Source: Victivallales bacterium (lineage in GTDB: Bacteria; Verrucomicrobiota; Lentisphaeria; Victivallales; Victivallaceae). From it: a DNA stretch of 27,709 bases. Position 1 is the stretch's first letter, and the number at the start of each line of letters is the position of its first letter. Under the pieces are notes generated by a model that did not search any database, was not told where the DNA came from, and saw only the letters and a program-made list of their open reading frames with translations. Shown here in pieces: positions 23,383-27,709 of the stretch. A program made the translations under genes and the position numbers. Location of the stretch: NCBI GenBank assembly GCA_030634125.1, contig DAOWBJ010000001.1, positions 1 to 27,709 of the forward strand, given 5' to 3'.

Positions 23383-24042
23383 ATGAGTGAATTGGTATCA
23401 ATTGATTTACATCAATGCTTTTACATCCCTTACGGGCTTAAAAAGCGGATTAAGAAGACGAATTTCGATTTGCAGGATGTTTTGTATGACGCCTTATCGG
23501 AATCTGATCTCAAGAAAAACATTAGAGGCGAGTTCGACAAAACTGAGTTATCGCCCGAAGAAATGAAACGCAGGAACAAATTGGCGATGCGCATCGAAAT
23601 CCGGTATGACACCGACCGCGAGATAGAATTTACGCTAAAAGAAGTGAAAATGTTGTGCAAATTGTTGACGAAACCCTTGACACGTGATTTCGTACCGCTT
23701 GTTATCGCTCAGGCAATCGCTTATGTCGAAGGCACATACGACGAATCACTTTATTTCCGCGATAAGTACGCAAAACAACCGGAAGCTACACACAAAGTAC
23801 TTTCTCAAGAAAAAATCACTGAAATCATCTCGAACCTGTCAATGATAGGGATGACACCAGCTGATATAATCCGCGCGATAATTTATGAAAACGACTCGGA
23901 ATTAAAGGAAACACCCGGCAAAATCACAGCGGAATTCATTGATATCATCGAACCGGACGAAGAATTAGAAACAATCGAACTTCTGGACGAAAATGACTCA
24001 GAAGATGAAAATGAGAATGAAAAACCAAAGGAAGTAGGCTAA
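23383..24042 (+). CDS. Hypothetical protein, 219 aa, acidic C-terminal tail
   Basis: SD AAGGAGG; ends in a D/E-rich tail. Confidence 0.8.
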   Translation: MSELVSIDLHQCFYIPYGLKKRIKKTNFDLQDVLYDALSESDLKKNIRGEFDKTELSPEEMKRRNKLAMRIEIRYDTDREIEFTLKEVKMLCKLLTKPLTRDFVPLVIAQAIAYVEGTYDESLYFRDKYAKQPEATHKVLSQEKITEIISNLSMIGMTPADIIRAIIYENDSELKETPGKITAEFIDIIEPDEELETIELLDENDSEDENENEKPKEVG

Positions 24043-24045
24043 ATC

Positions 24046-24402
24046 ATGGATTATTCTCCAGCATTGATTAAATTAAAAAAAGGATGCTTCATCGCTCGCA
24101 AGAATTGGGGAAAGGGGACATTTATCTATCTTGTTGAAGGTTCTTATATAAAAAGGTCCATTTTACGCAATGAAGCCGCGACCGCCGACGATTATTATCT
24201 TAAAATGATGAAATTAAGAGGTATTCCGACACACATTAGTATCAATTCTCATATTGATATGCACACTTCAGACGATAGTATTATTGTTGGTTGGGTTGCA
24301 TCACAAGCTGATACGTTGGCGAACAATTGGTATGTTCTCTACGAACCTGAGGAAACTAATACAACGCTTGATAATTTCACCGGTATTTGTGATCCTGCAT
24401 AA
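24046..24402 (+). CDS. tad2: Tad2-like / DUF2829 anti-defence protein, 118 aa
   Basis: ALIKLKKGCFIARKNWGKGTFIYLV...INSHIDMHTSDDSIIVGWVASQADTLANNWYVL matches the DUF2829 pattern (AL..LK.G..vaR.gW.g.gmfiyL...HIDm.t.dg....GW..SQ.D.LA.DW). Confidence 0.85.
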   Translation: MDYSPALIKLKKGCFIARKNWGKGTFIYLVEGSYIKRSILRNEAATADDYYLKMMKLRGIPTHISINSHIDMHTSDDSIIVGWVASQADTLANNWYVLYEPEETNTTLDNFTGICDPA

Positions 24403-24431
24403 AAGTCTCTCCTCCGAGAGAAAAGGGTAAA

Positions 24432-24464
24432 GGGAAGGTGGTTTCGATCATCTTCCCGATTTTA
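24432..24464 (+). terminator. 11-bp UUCG hairpin with a short U run (possible intrinsic terminator)
   Basis: GGGAAGGUGGU-UUCG-AUCAUCUUCCC (two G-U pairs) followed by GAUUUUA; the U-tract is weak. Confidence 0.45.
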
Positions 24465-24474
24465 GAGAGGAATT

Positions 24475-24723
24475 ATGATGGAAATCTCAACAAATGCGGT
24501 GATTTGCAGGTATTGCAAAAAATGTGATACAACACTTTCAATATTCAACAGGGTATCACAGCATTTCGGACATTATTATGTTTGCAGACGGTGTTTATAT
24601 CGGGAAATTGACAGACTTTCCATTGAATTTATTAACACAATACCTGACGCAAAAATACGCGATAAATTACTAAAATTAAAGCGAGGATTAAATGATAATG
24701 CCAACAACGAGCAGACAAATTAA
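24475..24723 (+). CDS. Zn-finger-like protein, 82 aa
   Basis: CRYCKKC ... HYYVCRRC; SD GAGAGG. Confidence 0.7.
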   Translation: MMEISTNAVICRYCKKCDTTLSIFNRVSQHFGHYYVCRRCLYREIDRLSIEFINTIPDAKIRDKLLKLKRGLNDNANNEQTN

Positions 24724-24931
24724 TAAAACCATGCAGCATGTCATTTCAATGGCGAAGGAGTTTCATAATTCAGCTGACGCCAAGCCCATGCAGAAATATT
24801 TCGTTGTTTGTCATCAAGAATTAGCTGGAAAGATAAATGGGATTGAAAATCATTGTAAAATGATCGCTGAAGTATCGATCGATGAAAAAATTGACGATCC
24901 TAAAATATTTTACGTTTACATGAGCGAATAA
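24692..24931 (+). CDS. Hypothetical protein, 79 aa
   Basis: SD GAGGA. Confidence 0.7.
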   Translation: MIMPTTSRQINKTMQHVISMAKEFHNSADAKPMQKYFVVCHQELAGKINGIENHCKMIAEVSIDEKIDDPKIFYVYMSE

Positions 24932-25345
24932 ATGGGCAAAATAGTAACGACGATAATAACCTGGCAGTCTAAGGAAATATTATTGCTTCCGAAGTCGCCA
25001 ATTCCCTGGTTTACTATTCAGGTTACAAGGACGCCGGTCAGGCACCGGAAATATAAAACTGGTGCATGGTTACCAATCTTAGGCAATCATCCTCGCGCAA
25101 TTATAGGCACTCCTGCGGGCGATTCAGAGTATTCCGACTATTTAACACGAATTAGTTCAAAACGAGCGTTCAAGGCAGCTTTTGAGATGCTGCGCAGGGA
25201 TCAATGGGTGTGTTTGATATGTTTCTGCGCTGAATATGAAAAATGTCATCGTCGCGTACTATTAAATTGGTTGGTCGAGAATTATCCGGAAGATTTCAGG
25301 AAATATGAATCATTCGCACTTATCGAGAAAGTTTACAAGAAATGA
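24932..25345 (+). CDS. DUF488-like protein, 137 aa
   Basis: C-terminal VCLICFCAEYEKCHRRVLLNWL matches the DUF488 signature (LlC.e.....CHR..l...L); the N-half is divergent. Confidence 0.6.
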   Translation: MGKIVTTIITWQSKEILLLPKSPIPWFTIQVTRTPVRHRKYKTGAWLPILGNHPRAIIGTPAGDSEYSDYLTRISSKRAFKAAFEMLRRDQWVCLICFCAEYEKCHRRVLLNWLVENYPEDFRKYESFALIEKVYKK

Positions 25346-25650
25346 CGAAAGGAAAGCGAGGAAAAATGAGTGAAAATAATTACAACGAAGTATTCTTTAT
25401 GAATGTTGACGACATAGACGAAGAATACTACGAAAAAGTAGAAGAAGTAACAACGAGATTTGAGATTGGAGATGAGATAAAATTTATACGTTATGACGAC
25501 AAAGGACAAGAAAAACACTACGCACTTTGTAAAGTAGTAGAAAAACCAAAAGATAGCGCACAGCACGTTATAACAATTGGTTTAGCTTTTAACCATTATC
25601 AAACGTATGTTTCTATCAAAATACTCGAAACAATAAATAACGAAGGGTAA
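25342..25650 (+). CDS. Hypothetical protein, 102 aa (ASCH/DUF3850-like pattern)
   Basis: EYYEKVEEVTTRFEI...GDEIKF.RYDD loosely resembles phage ASCH-like domains; this family assignment is weak. Confidence 0.6.
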   Translation: MTKGKRGKMSENNYNEVFFMNVDDIDEEYYEKVEEVTTRFEIGDEIKFIRYDDKGQEKHYALCKVVEKPKDSAQHVITIGLAFNHYQTYVSIKILETINNEG

Positions 25651-25655
25651 ATTAA

Positions 25656-26432
25656 ATGGGACGTAATTCAGGAATACCTTGGACACAAGGGACATGGAAT
25701 CCTATATCGGGTTGTACTTTCGCATCGGAAGGTTGCCAAAATTGCTATGCAAAGCGCGACCACAATAAAAGATATAACGCTTATCAAGCAGGTAAGAAAT
25801 TACCCGAGTGTTATTCACAACCGTTCCATAATGTTAGGTATTTTCCTTCACGTTTTGCTTATATAACACCTAAACAAAAACCGCGCACATATTTTGTGTG
25901 CAGCACCGGCGATTTGTTCCACGAACACGTTAAATTCCAATGGACATACGAAATATTTGAAAAAATGCAAGAATGTCATCAACATACTTTCCTATTATTA
26001 ACAAAACGCCCCGGCGTAATGATAAAAGCATTAGAAAATGTTTATTACCATTTATTAGATGTAGGAAAATATGATCAGCAAAAAAGATATCTAAATAATG
26101 TGTGGTTAGGCGCGACAGTAGAATCACAAGAACAATTATATAGAATTGATGAATTGCTCAGTGTAAAAGCTGCAAAACATTTCATTTCGGTCGAACCGAT
26201 GTTGTCAGGCGTTTATATACCGGTAGAACAATTGCAGAAATTAGATTGGGTGATAATAGGCTGTGAATCAGGAAAATACAGGCGCGAATGTCACGATATA
26301 TGGGTAAAAAACCTAATTAAATTATGCACGGCTTTCGATATACCCGTATTCCTTAAACAGTTAGAAATAAATGGTAAAATAGTCAAAGAACCGGAAATAT
26401 CCGGTAAAAAGTATCTACAATTCCCTAAATAA
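25656..26432 (+). CDS. DUF5131 / phage Gp37Gp68-family radical-SAM-like protein, 258 aa
   Basis: IPWTQGTWNPISGCTFASEGCQNCYA (Cx6Cx2C), FVCSTGDLFHEHV, HTFLLLTKRP, NVWLGATVE, FISVEPML, LDWVIIGCESG, VFLKQL. Confidence 0.95.
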   Translation: MGRNSGIPWTQGTWNPISGCTFASEGCQNCYAKRDHNKRYNAYQAGKKLPECYSQPFHNVRYFPSRFAYITPKQKPRTYFVCSTGDLFHEHVKFQWTYEIFEKMQECHQHTFLLLTKRPGVMIKALENVYYHLLDVGKYDQQKRYLNNVWLGATVESQEQLYRIDELLSVKAAKHFISVEPMLSGVYIPVEQLQKLDWVIIGCESGKYRRECHDIWVKNLIKLCTAFDIPVFLKQLEINGKIVKEPEISGKKYLQFPK

Positions 26433-26437
26433 AAGGA

Positions 26438-26737
26438 ATGATTATGCAATGTACACTATGTTTGCACGAACGGAATCTGTTTCCTCTCTGGATTACAAAA
26501 AAAGACGGTGAAAGTCGAACCCATGTTCGAATTTGTGATGTTTGCATGGAGCAAATGGAATTATGCCCGAAAGAATTAAAGGACGAATTCACTATCGAAA
26601 ACATGAACAAATTATTAATAAATGCAGTCAAAGACGATATAAAAATGAAAAACTACGCTAAAAATATCATCGGTTTGCATATTGGGTTAGAGAATCAGAC
26701 ACAAGACAGAAAATACGGGATAAAACGAGCATTATAA
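26438..26737 (+). CDS. Zn-finger-like protein, 99 aa
   Basis: CTLC ... ICDVC; SD AAGGA. Confidence 0.7.
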   Translation: MIMQCTLCLHERNLFPLWITKKDGESRTHVRICDVCMEQMELCPKELKDEFTIENMNKLLINAVKDDIKMKNYAKNIIGLHIGLENQTQDRKYGIKRAL

Positions 26738-27130
26738 TTTTAGAAACAGCGCATTTTTATAAATTCTACCTTGATTTCCAGACACATTAACGTTTATCAT
26801 GCACTTTTTACCAATAATACCGGATTTACCAGGATCAACTAAATAATCGGGAAGGATCTCCTGAACACCACAAAGCTTCAGGAAATTAAAGAATTTTAGA
26901 CACTCATTATCACCAGCTTCGATAAAATACATTTGTTGCAGCGAAATTGAGTAATCACCTATGTAAAAAGTTACACAAATGCATCTGCGCTGTTCATCGT
27001 AACAAATCTTTGTGATTTCCGCGGGATAGTCGCCCAACGGTAAATCAGAGTAAGAAAAGTAAGGATACCGCGCACCGTTTATGAATTGTGATATTAATTC
27101 ATTAATTGGTGTTACTTTTTCAGTTTTCAT
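26732..27130 (-). CDS. DUF669-like OB-fold ssDNA-binding protein, 132 aa
   Basis: LPLGDYPAEITK...VTFYI...KFFNFLKLCG...IIGKKCMINV....GRIYKN follows the DUF669 pattern; SD GGAGG. Confidence 0.55.
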   Translation of the reverse strand: MKTEKVTPINELISQFINGARYPYFSYSDLPLGDYPAEITKICYDEQRRCICVTFYIGDYSISLQQMYFIEAGDNECLKFFNFLKLCGVQEILPDYLVDPGKSGIIGKKCMINVNVSGNQGRIYKNALFLKL

Positions 27131-27618
27131 TCTTTCGTCCCTCCAATTTCAGTAGAAAAGTTATTCAAACGTTCTTTTCGGTAAGTTTCGAACTTATCTT
27201 GGTAATATTTAGCTTCTTCATCAAACTTTTTCAAGTTAGCATCATCAGGATGAATAATTAATGATTGAACAGCCCGCAAGTAGTCTAAGGTCGCAATTGA
27301 GAAAGATTTTTCAGAAGGCTTAAGATCCGTCGTGTTTTTACTATCAGATAAGAATTTTATTGCATCGAGCGGTTTTTTTGTGTCACGAATCACGCTGCTT
27401 AGGAGACGTGGAAAACTTTTCACCTTAGTGAGATCAACCAACTTACTTGTGTAAAGTTTCGAGAAATTCGAATCTTTCATCCAGTCTAAAAATATTTTGT
27501 TCGTCAATCCGTCGGTTTTCTCAATTGCAACGGTCAAGAATTCCGAATCATCAACATCGGAATTAAGAATCAAATTAACCAGACAATCCAAGAACTTGTC
27601 AAATAATGCGGCGTTCAT
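27127..27618 (-). CDS. Hypothetical helical protein, 163 aa
   Basis: SD AAGGAGG; ATGA overlap with the downstream gene. Confidence 0.8.
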   Translation of the reverse strand: MNAALFDKFLDCLVNLILNSDVDDSEFLTVAIEKTDGLTNKIFLDWMKDSNFSKLYTSKLVDLTKVKSFPRLLSSVIRDTKKPLDAIKFLSDSKNTTDLKPSEKSFSIATLDYLRAVQSLIIHPDDANLKKFDEEAKYYQDKFETYRKERLNNFSTEIGGTKE

Positions 27619-27635
27619 AAAACCTCCTTAAAATT

Positions 27636-27663
27636 ATGATAATGAATCCCGTGTAAAAGTCAA
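27636..27663 (-). promoter_or_regulatory. Leftward sigma70 promoter
   Basis: TTGACT(27663-58)-N16-TATCAT(27641-36), just upstream of the 27618 start. Confidence 0.65.
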
Positions 27664-27681
27664 GCGAACTGGCGGGAAAAA

Positions 27682-27693
27682 AACTTACTAACG
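27682..27693 (+). promoter_or_regulatory. Third copy of AACTTACTAACG
   Basis: Exact 12-mer match to 16912-23 and 16933-44, in a promoter region. Confidence 0.6.
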
Positions 27694-27709
27694 CACTTAT
27701 AAATTAAAA

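Noticed and set aside
14193-26631. Opposite-strand track ORFs in the early and middle blocks (e.g. 14193-14384, 15038-15220, 16306-16518, 17251-17532, 19552-19860, 21310-21528, 23430-23660, 26425-26631)
   Set aside because: They overlap better-supported, tightly packed genes on the other strand and have no RBS.
1-27709. tRNA, integrase, terminase, capsid, endolysin, reverse transcriptase/DGR
   Set aside because: No recognisable motifs or template/variable repeat pair seen by eye; highly divergent versions cannot be excluded without HMM searches.

Overview
An AT-rich fragment of a tailed dsDNA bacteriophage or prophage with no recognisable host genes. Consensus sigma70-type promoters, strong AGGAGG-type ribosome binding sites and a GroES-like domain point to a bacterial host. 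There are four transcription blocks. (1) <3-13112 (+): virion morphogenesis genes (terminator-like, short tape-measure-like, Dit/hub-like, 1039-aa tail tip/fibre) followed by membrane genes resembling a lysis cassette with no recognisable endolysin. (2) 13107-16628 (-): about 14 tiny early ORFs, including an excisionase-like HTH gene missed by the ORF track and a mini Tad2/DUF2829-like ORF, driven by a 31-bp tandem array whose unit is one sigma70 promoter. (3) 16966-26737 (+): middle/accessory genes including a 366-aa protein ending in a GroES-like domain, an Hjc-like resolvase, an MmcB-like nuclease, a Tad2/DUF2829 protein, a DUF488-like protein and a DUF5131 (Gp37/Gp68) protein. (4) 26732-27618 (-): two genes, one DUF669/SSB-like. 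I found no integrase, terminase, portal, capsid, polymerase, tRNA or CRISPR array. All family calls are by-eye motif recognition, not database searches.
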